In this document: piece after piece, positions 1 to 15,272 of the stretch | Position numbering within the stretch: the first letter of the stretch is position 1 | Layout of the letters: each line of letters opens with the position of its first letter | Source: Nymphaea colorata | Lineage: Eukaryota | DNA: 64,000 nt | NCBI RefSeq assembly: GCF_008831285.2 | Contig: NC_045138.2 | Coordinates: 434,001 to 498,000, forward strand | Direction of reading: 5' to 3' | Notes under the pieces: model-generated | Database searches by the model: none | Told to the model about the DNA's origin: nothing | Seen by the model: the letters and a program-made list of their open reading frames with translations, nothing else | Position numbers and translations under genes: made by a program

Positions 1-1153
1 CAAATCTAAAGTGCCTTGTCTTCCAAACCAAGTGATATTCAAAACTTTTGAGAACTTATAAAGTGGGTATATATATATATATATATATATATATTGCCAA
101 TTCATCAAAACTCAAATTCAGATTAGAGACGGCATAAGGGAACTAATTCCAACTGGTATGTAAATCCAAACTTGATCTGTATCTAAGGTATATGATAATC
201 TCTAATAACTGAGGATTTCAAATTTGCAGATCTACGGTGCCAACTCCTTCCCCTTTCAAACCGCATTTCCATGATTGTTTTTAGATGTGGCATGGATTTG
301 AAATCCGTCACTTGATTATTTAATTGGTGGACTTCACCTAGTGTGCTTCCTTGATAAGGGATCTAAAAGGTTCGGAGGATCTCATTAATGTGGATCTAAA
401 ATCGACGCTACATGTTAAAAATCATGAATTCAAGATCAGATGATGGGAGAGTGACACTTTAAATCCATGAATCATCATAAGAGAAAAAAAAAAGAACATA
501 AACACTGACAGTGAGTAAGGCACCTCAAATGGGTTCTGTATACTTTGCACTCTTTCTATCTGTAGATATTTTTATTTTTATTATATATTTGTAATTTTAA
601 GAAGTTAGTTCGGTTATATGTTATGACTCTAAAGGGATGATGTGTTATGATTTAGAAATAACTAAAATACAATTATTGGAATAAATACAAGACACTTCCT
701 CTATAAGGGAAAACTAAAATCTTAAAAACAAAAAATCCCATAATTGGATATATATATATATATATATATATATAAAGAGAGAGAAAGAGAGAGAAAGAAA
801 GGCAATTAAGTTACAGACGAAAACTAGAACTTTTTATCTTTTTGCTAAAAATTATTTTAAATAAACTATAAAAATCTTTGTATATTTATAAAAATTCTTT
901 ATATAGAACATGCTTTGAAACAAGTTGCTTTCATCAAAAATGTTGATTTTTCTATCATCAAAATGTTGATAGTATGGGAGCCATTCATTTTTTCTAACTA
1001 TAAAAACTTAAAAAATGATCCACTTAATATATATTTTGCATCAACATATCCTCAATATCATATTGGCTAGGTTAGATTTAAAAAAAAAAAACTTTAAATA
1101 TCATGTTTAAAGGGTTTGACATGTCTCTGACCCATAGGCCTGGTTTCTACCAA

Positions 1154-1208
<55 letters not shown>

Positions 1209-1882
1209 AAAAATTGGTAGAAACCAGACCTATAGATCAGAGATAAAAATGAGACACTTTAAATTTTTTGCTTAAAAAGTATTTTAAACAAAATAAAAAC
1301 ATCCTAATATGTTTATAAAAAACTAATTTGATGTAAAACATGGTTTTCTTTACCAAAAATTTGGATTACTCCATAATTAAAATTTTGATGTTATATGAGC
1401 TGTTCAATTTTATGTCTTACAAAGGTAAGATCAAATTCAAAAAATAATTAACTTAAGACCAATGTTATCGAATCATTTTTTTGTTATTTTGTCCAGACCC
1501 TTGTACCTATTTAAAGCGTAAAGTTCAATGCAGCAAGATCCAGATCTACAAAACTAAATTTTTGAAAATTTCATGTCCGTACAATAAAATCCGGATCCGC
1601 TGCTCCACTAACTGTCAATTTAAAGAGTCACGGGATATATCTATAGTGGCTAGAATGTGAGTTCAGATATATGTTAAATTTTTGCTTAATATATAGTTGT
1701 TTGCTTTTTCTTATGCATATAATTGGTTTCACATAGCAGATAATTGCATAAACCTTTCTCACATAAATGTTTATTTCATATAAATAGCTCCTTATGTTTA
1801 CATATTGGCCAACTCAAAAATTGCAATTTAAAGTGTTACTGTTCCGTTATTTGGCAAGAAGATTATGACTCACCGCGGTGAG

Positions 1883-2079
1883 CAGCGGCATAGCGAAGGT
1901 AGGGTACGCGAGGGCCCTGGTCCCACCTCAAAATTTTTTTTAAAAAAAAAATTACATGTAAATTGTAGAAAATTTTACTTGTTTATATAAAGGTTTTGAA
2001 AAATGATATTTGTGTCTTAGTTAAAATTTAAAAGCTTTAATTCTGCCCCCTTCAAGAAAAATTTTTACCTCCACCCCTG
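1883..2079. mobile_element. Degenerate hAT-type MITE (CAGGGGCGGAG-like TIR family)
   Basis: Ends cagcggcatagc...ctccacccctg resemble the intact element at 56003-56199. The AT-rich core recurs near 2485, 22610 and 26223, and the unit-2 counterpart is near 29707. Confidence 0.55.
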
Positions 2080-2737
2080 ATGAAGTATCAATAATGACAA
2101 CAACGTACCTTTCAACCTAGGGTCGGTGCTCCACCAATTTCGATACACAAATATAGTGTCTATGAGAGTCGAACTATAGACATGCCTAATCACATATCCT
2201 TACCCCGGTTGGCTACACTATACTCCTTGATACTAGAGTTGGCACTGGCTAGAGAACTACATCTGCTTAACTTTTTTATGAGAATTTGAATGTAAACCCA
2301 AATATAGGTCCAAGTAAGGGGATAGGGTCCTGACCAAATATGGACCTGTTGCAAAGTCTAATTAACTTTGAATTTGTCTAATTTGACTTGGAATTAAACC
2401 CACACATGTAACTATACAACTATGGATCAAGTTTGACTTGTTTGGATTTGGACAACTATCAAAATCGGCAAGAAAGTCTTACACCCAGGAGTCAAGGGGG
2501 GCATGGGCACTGGCCCCGCATCATTTTTTTTTTTAAATTTATATGTAAAATTTAATAAAATTTACTTGTTATATAAAAATTTTAAAAAATGATATTTCGT
2601 CGTGTGTCAAAATTTAGAAACTTTAATTTTTGGCTTCACCAATGCTTTCCCGACTCCAAATTCCAATCTCGATCAAAACTTGGACTTTTTTCACTAGATA
2701 CCAAAGTGGGCAAATCAATTCTTGACAGAATTGAACT

Positions 2738-2740
<3 letters not shown>

Positions 2741-2826
<86 letters not shown>
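2741..2826. repeat. (TA)n microsatellite, one of many in the window
   Basis: Direct reading. These tracts produce the spurious IYIYIY ORFs. Confidence 0.98.
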
Positions 2827-2831
<5 letters not shown>

Positions 2832-2837
2832 GATAAT

Positions 2838-3095
2838 TGAATGGTGACACTGGATTATTAGAGTCATACAGTCATCTAATTAAAGCCGTCTGATTCATCA
2901 TGATGAACAGTTAAGAGAAAAACAAGGAGAACAATGTGATGAGTGTTTTTGTCATTTAATATTAGTTCTCATTTTTTTATTCATGTTTTTTTTTTCTTAA
3001 TCATCCATCTGCATTAGATGGACAGTCCATCTTGGTTTGATGGATAATGTTCGTTAGATGATTGAGTAACTTTGGATAGTCAAAATCACCGTTCA
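2838..3095. mobile_element. (TA)n-embedded TIR element (MITE-like)
   Basis: Terminal inverted repeats tgaatggtga / tcaccgttca (9/10), internal palindrome gatggacagtccatc, and (TA)n on both sides. Relatives lie at 26797-27001 and in unit 2. Confidence 0.6.
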
Positions 3096-3098
3096 CTC

Positions 3099-3142
<44 letters not shown>

Positions 3143-3532
3143 GTTGGTAAAATGCAAAAACCAATCCATTTGGATAAGAAACAAAAACTTGACCTATTGA
3201 AACTAATTATTAAAATATTTTTTTTGAAATCTAACATTACAGATATAATCTTAAAAGTATTTAGGGGAGACACATATATTAAGTTAGTCATTTTTTTACT
3301 TAACTAATATTTTTTTAATAGTGAAAAAATGATCAATTCTTATCACATCAAAATTTTGGTAGTACAAAAATCAATTTTTCTTACAAAAATGACTTGAACG
3401 AAAACATGATTTGTATTAAATTAGTGTCTACAATTCATTAAAAAGTTCATATTTTGTTTAAAATGGTTTTTAACATAAATTTAAAAGGTCGTTTTTATCC
3501 CTTACCGAAATGGTCTTATACCTACCAATCAC

Positions 3533-3585
<53 letters not shown>

Positions 3586-4860
3586 ATCGACATCGACCCC
3601 GTTGAACCATTGCACAGACACACATAAAAGGGTATCACCTTGACTGCGTGATAAGTCTATTAGAATATCAAAACTATATATATTCAATCGATTTATATTT
3701 TTAATATAAAAGTGGATAAATTGTGGCTTAACTTAAAATTAAAAAAAAATCTTCAAGTCTTAAAAGAGAAGCTTCTGTTTCTTTAGGGTTATAAAATTTC
3801 TTTTATATGGGATCCAAAGCGTACATCAACATCGCATTTCACCATTATATAAAAAAATTTCAAATCCTCAGTATGTAGCCAAAACTTCATATGACCTCGA
3901 ATCATCCGATTTGAAATTCGTTATTGTCTCAAATCACGTCAAATCTCAGGTCCAAAGATCATAGATTTAAACACTTTGCAGCCAAACAAAACATGACCTC
4001 AAATCATCGGATTTGGAATTCCTTATAATCTCAAATAACGTCAAATCTGAGATTCAAATGCTCGTGTTTCACTAATTTAATCACTTTCCAGCGAAACAAA
4101 TTGTAACTTATTTTTGTCTCTGGTTAGAGCTCATCCAATGAATTGCCCCACACCAATATTGAAAAAAATCGGTTCCTTATTGAATGGGCCGATTCATCGG
4201 TTCTTTGAATCGGTTGTGAACTAGATAAAAATATTGAAAATATATTCCTTTTTTGAAATACATATAAAAAAATATAAACGTTAATTAAATATACAAAATG
4301 TTATTATATTTGCAGAAAATAATAGGGGCAACCTTAAATCAGCCGAACGAATTGAAGTTAGCGTGCTAACCACTCCATTCATTCAAATCTCTAACCACCC
4401 CATTCATTCAAATCTGCCGACTATCTCGAAGGGTCCTAGTTCATTAGGAGGAAAGTTGAAAAGGATTTGAGTTACAATTCCTATGATCGTTGGTGTGGCA
4501 CAGTGCCCGTTGAGAATTTTCTTGAAAAAATCAAACATTTCCTTGACTTTATAAAAACTAAATTCGTGAACATCAATTCTCTCAAGAACGCCTGAATAGT
4601 TTTGAAGTCATTAATGTCATTTCGTTCGAATACCCATCTGCCCGTATAGTAGTTTTTAACGTATCTTCTTACACTAACAAGATTAGAAAAGATAATCATA
4701 TTTCTATTGTTGTCACTTGTTATGTTGGTACAATCCGACCATGGAATGATGGATAGACTCAAGAAAAAATGGCAGAATCATCGTAACTTGCAAGACGCTC
4801 TTAAACTACCAGTAAATATCAAAAATATCTTCCTCCCTCTCGGAAGATGAAAGGAAATTC

Positions 4861-5081
4861 AAAAACCAGCAAAACCACGAGCGGTATGCTGTCTAATGAC
4901 TCTAATCTGAGGCGCCATTGGATCTTTGAGCGAAAAAGGGAAAAACAAAACTCTCCAGGGAAAACCAATGAAGAGGAAGCCGAAGTGAGACACGCAAAGC
5001 GGTATTGACGCGTGCTTCCTCCCCAAAAAACAAGCGCCATTAGTCTCTCCGTTAAAGCCCCCTATGCTAAAGTTAAAAATA
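4861..5081 (+). promoter_or_regulatory. ADH copy 1 proximal promoter with anaerobic-response-like AAACCA motifs and a degenerate TATA box
   Basis: AAACCA at 4863, 4872 and 4962. TAAAAATA at 5074-5081 where copy 2 has TATAAATA (37820-37827). Confidence 0.45.
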
Positions 5082-5170
5082 ACTCTGAGCTCCTACACTC
5101 TGGACATCGAAGTGATTCGGATTGTTCGGGAAATACAGATTTTTACCTTGTTCGTCTCTGTTGAAGCGAA

Positions 5171-7688
<2,518 letters not shown>

Positions 7689-10600
7689 TGTTTGCATTCC
7701 CAAAATTTTGGGTTTTGGAGCGCTCCAGAAAAATGATGTTTTGTTTTGAAATAGGGAAGAAAGGGACTCGCCTGTCGATACGAGCATCGACCATTCTCGA
7801 TGCCTTTACTGAGGGTAATCAATCCAAGGGCTATGTTTATTATTGATGCATTTCATTTTGGCTTAAACATGTTTTCATTCTATATGTGGTGTAGAAAATA
7901 TTGAAAGTTTGATGTTTCAAACTTTTGAAAAGACTCTTGAAGAGTTGTTTGAAAATATGAGATGTTTTGAGGAAAAAGTGGAATTAGTAAATATCATTTG
8001 AAAATCTTGTGAAATCATTTTGAAATTAATTTAGTGTTCTCTTTAGATTTTAAGTAGGTTTGAGATTTTGTTCTAATTCGGTTACCACCCAATTAGAGAT
8101 TTTGGAAGGGTGCTTGTGATTATAAGTAAAATGAAGTGGGTGAGAATGCATGAATGCATTTATCTTATATGATTGGAAGAATGTAAAACATTCATACCAC
8201 AACATTCATCTAAAGTCATTTCTATTACAACATACATTTAAGATTTTGTTGTTATAATTATTGTATATAAGAAGGAAAAGTTTTTGAAAAGGGATATAGA
8301 TTGTAGACCATCAAGCATGATTTCAATATTGGGTCATTACTTGGTTTGTGGTCTTAATGAAGTTGGTAAATAGAAAGCTCGTGAAAGGAGGATGTTAAAA
8401 GAATACAAGAGATAAAACACTCTTATGAAAAGAAAGAGAGAGAGATAGATAAAGACATGCATATATGTGTACATACCATCACATATATGAAAGCTTAATA
8501 AGAAAAAATGTATTAATTTGAAGAGAAAAAAAGAGGTTTTAGAGGAAAAGAAAAAACATACATACCTATATAAGGGTATGTATAAGAAATTTCGTAAGTG
8601 GAGATATATAACTTGAAAAGAGAAATAAAATATTCGAAAGAGAGGAAATAAAGCACATATACATATGCATTCATGCATATATGAAAATTTGCAAAATGAA
8701 AAGTGAAAGCATAGAAAGAGAAAGATGGAGGATCATCATGTGTGCATGTAGTGTATATAATATGTATATACATATGTGCCTTCAAAAGATTAAGAATCAA
8801 GGGATAACTTAAAATTACCAACTTCAAGTTTAATGTGGGCCAAAGGGGAACTTGGACTCATGCAAGAGTCTAAGCTAAGTCCCTAAGGTCCTATTAGGAG
8901 GTTAGTTTTGAAAATGTTTTGGAAACTATAATTTATTTATAAACATAGAATGTTATTACTTAGTTATGACAAGGGATATATTTCTTCCACTCTTGGGTAT
9001 AAAAGAAAACAAGCATAATATAATGAGACACTCATTAGGGTTCCTAATGGGGTGACTAGGAAGGAAACTTATACGCAATGACATGAGAATGCATTTTTAA
9101 TATGTACATATTCGTGAAAGTTTCCCCAGGTTGGACAAGTCTCAACATCAAAAATTAATATGAAGATAAAAATGAAGAACCTCAAACCACATTCTCATTC
9201 TCATCGTATATTCACATATAAACGAAAAACCAAACCGCTATGTATGGGGGATACATAGACAATATTCAAGGAATGAAAGAGAGAGAGAGAGAGAGGGAGA
9301 AAGATTCAACTAGGAATAAGGGTATGATATAACTATAAAATGAATTACCATCTCATCTTTTCATGCTCCTGGTGCACTTGAGCATAGCCTCTTGTTTCTA
9401 AGAAGAGATTGAGTGCTATCTCCTTTGGCCATGATGAGATGAAGATGAGAAAAAAATGAAGAAAAGAAGACAATGCTACATTCAATAAAAAAGAAAACAT
9501 GATTCGATCATTAAATGAAAGATCATCTCATCTTTCAATGCTCCGGGTGTACTTGAGCATAGCCTCTTGTCTCTAAAAAGAAGTTGAATGTTTCATTGGG
9601 AGATGAAGATGAGAAGAGAAACTAAAAAGAATAACAAGACTATATTCAAGAAAAAGAAATAGCAATAACATATTATTGAAGAGAAATAACAACAGCAACA
9701 CAACATGAATACTTGAAAGAACATGATTTAATCATAAAATAAAATATCATCTCATCTTCTCATGTTCTCTGTGTAGTTGAGCAAACCCTCTTGTTTCTAA
9801 AAAGAGGTTGAGTGCTATCTCCTTTCGCCATAGGGAGATGAATATGAGAAGAGAAAATGAAAACAACAACAAGACTATGTTCAAGAAAAAAGAATAACAT
9901 AATAATATTATATTAATGAAGAGAAAGAATAACAACAACAAGAATATTTGAAAGAGCATGATTTAATCATAACATAAAATATCATTTCGTCTTCTCATGC
10001 TCCCGGTGCACTTGATCATAGCCTCTTGTCTCTAAAAATAGGTTGAGTGCTATCTCATTTGGCCATGGGGAGATGAAGATGAGAAGAGAAAAAAGAGAGA
10101 AATGAGAAAGGTGATGATTACATACATCTAATGAGAAATGACCTAAGGAAAATGAACACATTCACTTGAAGATTTTCTTTGAATGAAGCTCCAAGATGAT
10201 GCCTCCAAGTTGGAGAAGAAAATAAAGAGAGAAAGAGGGAGAGAAAGAGGGAGAGAGAGAGAGCTCAAGAGAAATTCTAAGTCTTCAAGTGAGAATACAC
10301 TAGAAACCTCCCAATGGTCAATCTTGCCCAAGAGGATGGAAGTGGGGGGTATTTATAGAGGATTTTGGACTCAAAACCTAAAATTTTAATTTTTCTTTTG
10401 AATTTCACCCCATTTTCATCCGAATTTCACATAATTTTGAATTATTTTGAAAAAGAAATGGTTTGAAAATGGGAATGATTGACCATTAGGCTTATAAAAA
10501 TATATATATATATTTTTAAAAAATGAGTTAGGTATTTGTCCACTCAAGAAGAATAAAATCACCCTTTAAAAGGAGGTCTTTTGTCAAAAAGAGGGGCAAA

Positions 10601-10863
10601 AGAGTCTTGCCCACCAAAAAGACTAAAATCACCCTATAAAAGGAGGTCTTTTGTCAAAAGAATGGGCAAAAGGGTCTTGCCCACCAAAAAGTCTAAAATT
10701 GTCTTCTAGAATGAGGTTCTTTGTCAAAAGGAGGGGCAAATGGATCTTAAATGTTTGATTTGGATTTGGACTGTGGCTTTGGACCAATTTAGATCCAAAA
10801 ATTGGGTTTTGGGTTTTTAATAAAAGAGCGCATTCTTTTTTTGAAAAAGTTAGGGTGATTACA
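7689..10863 (-). repeat. ~3.2 kb 3' LTR of the Tat/Ogre-like element
   Basis: TG...CA termini, adjacent PPT at 10864-10875, and a junction with ADH exon 9 at 7688/7689. There is no partner LTR to confirm the boundary. Confidence 0.75.
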
Positions 10864-11184
10864 GATGCCCCTCTTTGTTACTGAGCCGGTGCTAACCGTG
10901 CATAGTGACAAAGATAAGCACCACAAATTTTTCAAACAAAACATTTTTGAAGAAATGTTTCAGGCTTAACCCCTTACCTGAATGAGTTGTTTAAGCTTAT
11001 ATTGTAGGTTTAACCTCTTGCCTGTATGGGTTTGCCAATATTGAACTCAGGTTTAACCCTCCTGAAAGAGGTTGCCTTGGCTTGCATTACAGATTTGACC
11101 CCTTACCTGCGTGGGTTGTTCTCACGTAGCGGGTTTATCCCCTTTGAATAATAAAAAAAAATGCCCCAGTATAATCATCATATT

Positions 11185-12137
11185 TCACAACTGGGAATAA
11201 TATAGATTGAATGGTAGAATGATAGATCGGATGTGAAAAATATAAATATTCGTCATTGATTGAAAGGTGAATACAAAAGGACTAGGCATAAAATTTCTTG
11301 AGGTGAAGGGCATTAACAGGATCGGCAAGTTCCACCCATCAGCATCGATCAGTTGGTTGGAATTTCGGTGCAAGGCTTCTTTAACAACATATGGGCCTTC
11401 CCAGTTTGGTGCCCATTTACCACGCATTCGTCCGCTGAAGTATACAACTTATCGTAGGACCAAGTCATTCACTTTGAATTGACTCTCAATAATTGACTTT
11501 GCAAATTGTCTAGCGACCCTTTGATGATAAGCTTCAACATGCTTACCCGTTTTTAACCTCTTTTCATCTAGCAAATCGAGCTGCATTAGCCTTTTCTGTT
11601 GATATTGATTTAGAGAAAGCTCTATAAGAGAAGCGAATTTCAAAGCGAGTTTCAACACAAGTAATGGTAGAACTACTTCTGTTCCATATACTAACTCTGC
11701 TGGAGTAGCATTTGTTGGAGTTCTCATAGTGGTGCGATATGCCCATAGAGCGTTATGCATCTTTTCATGCCAGTCTCTTTCTATTTATACTGTCTGTTCC
11801 AGGATGCGAATCAAGATCTTATTGGTGGCCTCCACCTGTCCATTACCTTGGGGGTAGTAGGGAGCTGAAAAATTATGTACAATGCAGTATTTGATGCACA
11901 GTTGTCTCATCTTTTCATTTTTTAAATGAGTCCCGTTATCAGATGCTATATAGGGACTCCAAATTTGCAAAGAAGATTTTTATGAATGAAGGACGCTATA
12001 TGACGTCCTTCCACATTTCTGAGTGTGACGACTTCTACCCATTTGATAAAATAGTCTGTTTGCAGCAATAAAATACTTATGGCCATTAGAAGTTGCGGGG
12101 GATATCAGTCCAACTACATCAAATGCCCACAAAGAAA
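11185..12137 (-). pseudogene. Frameshifted Gypsy integrase fragment
   Basis: ORFs 11785-11970, 11449-11760 and 11185-11427 carry successive rve core and GPY/F motifs. Confidence 0.9.
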
Positions 12138-12908
12138 CTCTTCCCTTTGTTAATATTAGTTCTCACTTTTTTCTTCATGTTTTTTTTCTTAATCATCTAC
12201 TTGTGTCACAGATGGAGGGCTTCGATTAAATGGTTGGGTAACTTTGAATAGGGAGAGTCATGTTCACTCACTAGTAATGCTTTAGTAAAAAAAAAAAAAA
12301 AATTTAAAGTTCCTAAGAAAAAGTTAATAAAGGACAGTTGAGGAGGAATGGGCCAACCATAGAAAGCAAAAACCCCACAACTTCCCAACTAGTAAATAAC
12401 ATTAACTTTGGTCAGGTCCACACTTGAACGCAATTTAAATTGGCTCTATGAAATTGGAATTTGTACTTATTTGTAGCAACCGAATCCAGATCTGATTAAC
12501 ATAACATCTGTAAATTGGGTTCAATTTTTATTGATCTCAGTCGAACACACTGGCCCTGAGAGGCATCGCGTAATTAGTAAACTGATGGGTCAGTGAAAGT
12601 TCGGTCGGTCATGGTCATCAGTTTAATATCTCTCAACACTGAATTTGGATTCAATCATGAAACTTCATTCTGAATCGATATTTCATTAATAGTATTCTGG
12701 TTTTCTCTATATGATCGGACTTCGTGAATTCAAAACCAAACCCAATTCTTTTAATTGTTAATAATTTCAGCTTAATTGACTAGAAAAAATGCATCTCAAC
12801 TTGAAGAAGTCATTGTCATAAATGCTTTATGTTTGATCATGGTGGAAACTGTGTGCCTGTACTTGACTTGTGGAAACTGTGTGCCTGTACTTGAAAATAA
12901 AACGCAAA

Positions 12909-14531
12909 GGTCTGATAAAAGGCAAAAATCTGAATCCTTTTTCCCATGGAAATAGAAGGTGATCCCATCCCCACCAATGAACCTTGGATCTTGGCACACC
13001 GCTCCTGGCTTGTCACAACCTATTAATTAAACATGCAAAACCAATAAAAAGTTACTTACCTGATCAACATGCACTCACTACTATACATAGATTAGATGAT
13101 ATCAGAGTTAGCCTAGCTTGGGTAAGCTCCAGAGCTGATATTCACTGGCGCTTTTCACGCGTCAAAACTCAAGAGAACAGATAACTTGCCACGGACAGTG
13201 TCCATTTACTAGAGCAACTTGATCCTATCACCCTAAGCTATGTGTCAATAAAGGTTTCGACAAGCCAAACAGATTATATTGATCCCCATCTATATGGCCA
13301 ATTTAAGGGCTGAACTAAAGAATGATATACATCTAATACTTGATACTTTTAGAAAAAAAAAAACCAATTCAAGGACTTGTGTTTAATATGTATACATAGT
13401 ACACACACGCACGCGCGTGTATATATATATATATAGAAGGTTTGGATGGAGAAATTTGCTGGCCTCTCATAGCACAAAACATGATGTATTTCATTGAAAT
13501 GCCGTAGTAAAAGAAGCTTAAGATAGATGAAAAATGTCTGCTCATATATATGTATATATATCATGGCCACAGAAAATGTATTTTTTTCAAAAAATGCGGT
13601 AAAAAGGAAAAAAAATAGGTAAGCCAAAAATGGTAAAAAAAAAAGCCCTTGGCGATTTCATGTTTTTTCTTAAGGTCAAATTGCTTGTTTCTATTTATTT
13701 TATATTTACTTGCTCGTTATGTACTTATTTTTTAATGTTGTCTTATTAGTTTTTCACTTTTGTTGTTTTCCTAATTTTTAAGTTTTTTATTTTTTTTAAA
13801 AAAATTATCGTCTTTGTTCATTTTTTTTTTCTTTTTTTGTTTAAGCTCATCATATTATACCCGCTCATCATATTATACCCGAGAAAACCTTGTCATTAAA
13901 ATGCAGAAACGATATTTGTTACTATATACTTGTGTGTGTTTCCTCGAATTTGGATACTAATAAATATGAAAATTGGTGGATACTAATCCAAACTTTCCAT
14001 CAACATGATCATATGATTCACAACTTTACACTTTCTGTTAGTACTATCTGAGATATAAATCAGATGACCAAGATCGGTGCACAAAACTATACTTTCAGAG
14101 AGAGAGAGCAAAATGAACATTATTATCAACGATCCTGAAAATTGGTGCACCATATGGTTAATGACTAAAATACCCTTCATTTACAATAAAAAAACTTTTT
14201 GTAACGATAGAAATAAAATAAAATAGTAAAAAACTATAATAAATAAATTCTTTAACAAATTATCAAAATGTCCTTCCCTCCTTTCAGGCAACTTTTTCTC
14301 TGTTATAAAAAAGGTTTGGAGTTTCGGAATGGCTAAAGTTGACGACCACTTACGGCAAATAGGCTTCCAGGATGCGCAGGGCACTTGTAGTAAGAGGCGC
14401 TGCTTCTTCCCTCCCTTGCAGCGGGCAATCTTGTAGTGCTTCACTTCTGCCACCATCTCCCATTCCACAGAGAAGATGATCACCAACAAACAAAGAGCGA
14501 GAGAACAATTTCTCATGTACGCCTTCGCCAT
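12909..14531 (-). pseudogene. Root-cap / LEA-related secreted Cys-rich protein pseudogene, copy 1
   Basis: Exon 1 (14531-14354) has a signal-peptide-like N-terminus and ends CASWKPIC|gtaagt. Exon 2 starts at 13019 with CDKPGAVCQDPRFIGGDGITFYFHGKKDSDFCLLSD, the family signature, and then breaks off abruptly. Confidence 0.85.
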
Positions 14532-14775
14532 GGCCGATTTTCTTTCTTTCCAAACTGTTTATGTGTTGTTGAGTCCTAACAATGAAACCCAGTGCCCTTT
14601 TATAGGACTCCAGTTGATACCAAATGTCGAATCTTACGGTCCAAAAACACACGAATACAAACAAAAAGACCTAACATAAAGGTGGAAAGAGATATATAGC
14701 TACACCACTTGACCTGCTGGTCAAAACCCATTTCTTTAAGTTTCCTTTTTTTTTTCCTTGCCCCTTGCTCCTAAG

Positions 14776-15272
14776 CAGGGGTGAACACGAGCCGAGTCGA
14801 GCCCAAGTTCAGTCAGCTGAAGCTTGGCTCGACTAATGAAACATCGAGCTCCAGAAAAGCTCGACAGAAACATCTCTAGCTCGACTCGATAGTTCGACAA
14901 ACTCATTTGAATAGAATTGATATTCATCGTTACTTATTGAGCTCGAACTCAACACTATTGAGGCTCGACAAGCTCATTTGAATATAATTGATATTCATCG
15001 TTTCATGTTGAGATCGAACTCGACTCGATTAAAGCTCGACAAACTTGTAAACTCGTTTGAATATATTGACTTGATTAGAGCTTGACAAACTTGATTAAGG
15101 CTTGAGCTCGACTAGGCGTTATGTGTTGAGCTCGAACTCAACTCGATTATTTGAACATGTCAACTCATGAACTCGATCTTGACTCGTTAAGCAAATGATT
15201 CAACTCAAACTAGTTCACGAGCTGTGCTTTAATGAGTCAAGTTCGAGTAGCTCGACTCATTGTCCACCCATA
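14776..15272. mobile_element. hAT-type MITE with GAGCTCGA-like internal repeats
   Basis: Perfect 8-bp TSD ctcctaag (14768-14775 and 15273-15280). Ends caggggtgaac / gtccacccata. Confidence 0.85.

Larger units (their letters stand above)
7689..12137 (-). mobile_element. 5'-truncated Gypsy LTR retrotransposon, Tat/Ogre-like (3' LTR, 3' UTR and integrase remnant)
   Basis: Minus strand: integrase motifs SLWAFDVVG, SDNGTH, YYPQGNGQVEATNK, ALWAYRTT, GKWAPNWEGPY. PPT agaggggcatc precedes TGTAATCACCC, and the LTR ends ...gggaatgcaaaCA. Confidence 0.85.

Noticed and set aside
2589..2831. Short ORFs with IYIYIY, ERERER or LSLSLS runs throughout the window
   Set aside because: They are translations of microsatellites.
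10961..11145. CRISPR-like repeat-spacer array
   Set aside because: The repeats are degenerate, the context is a eukaryotic retrotransposon UTR, and there are no cas genes.
14181..14531. 116-aa ORF as an intact secreted peptide gene
   Set aside because: It reads through the gtaagt donor into the intron, the Cys-rich motif is partly deleted, and exon 2 is truncated.
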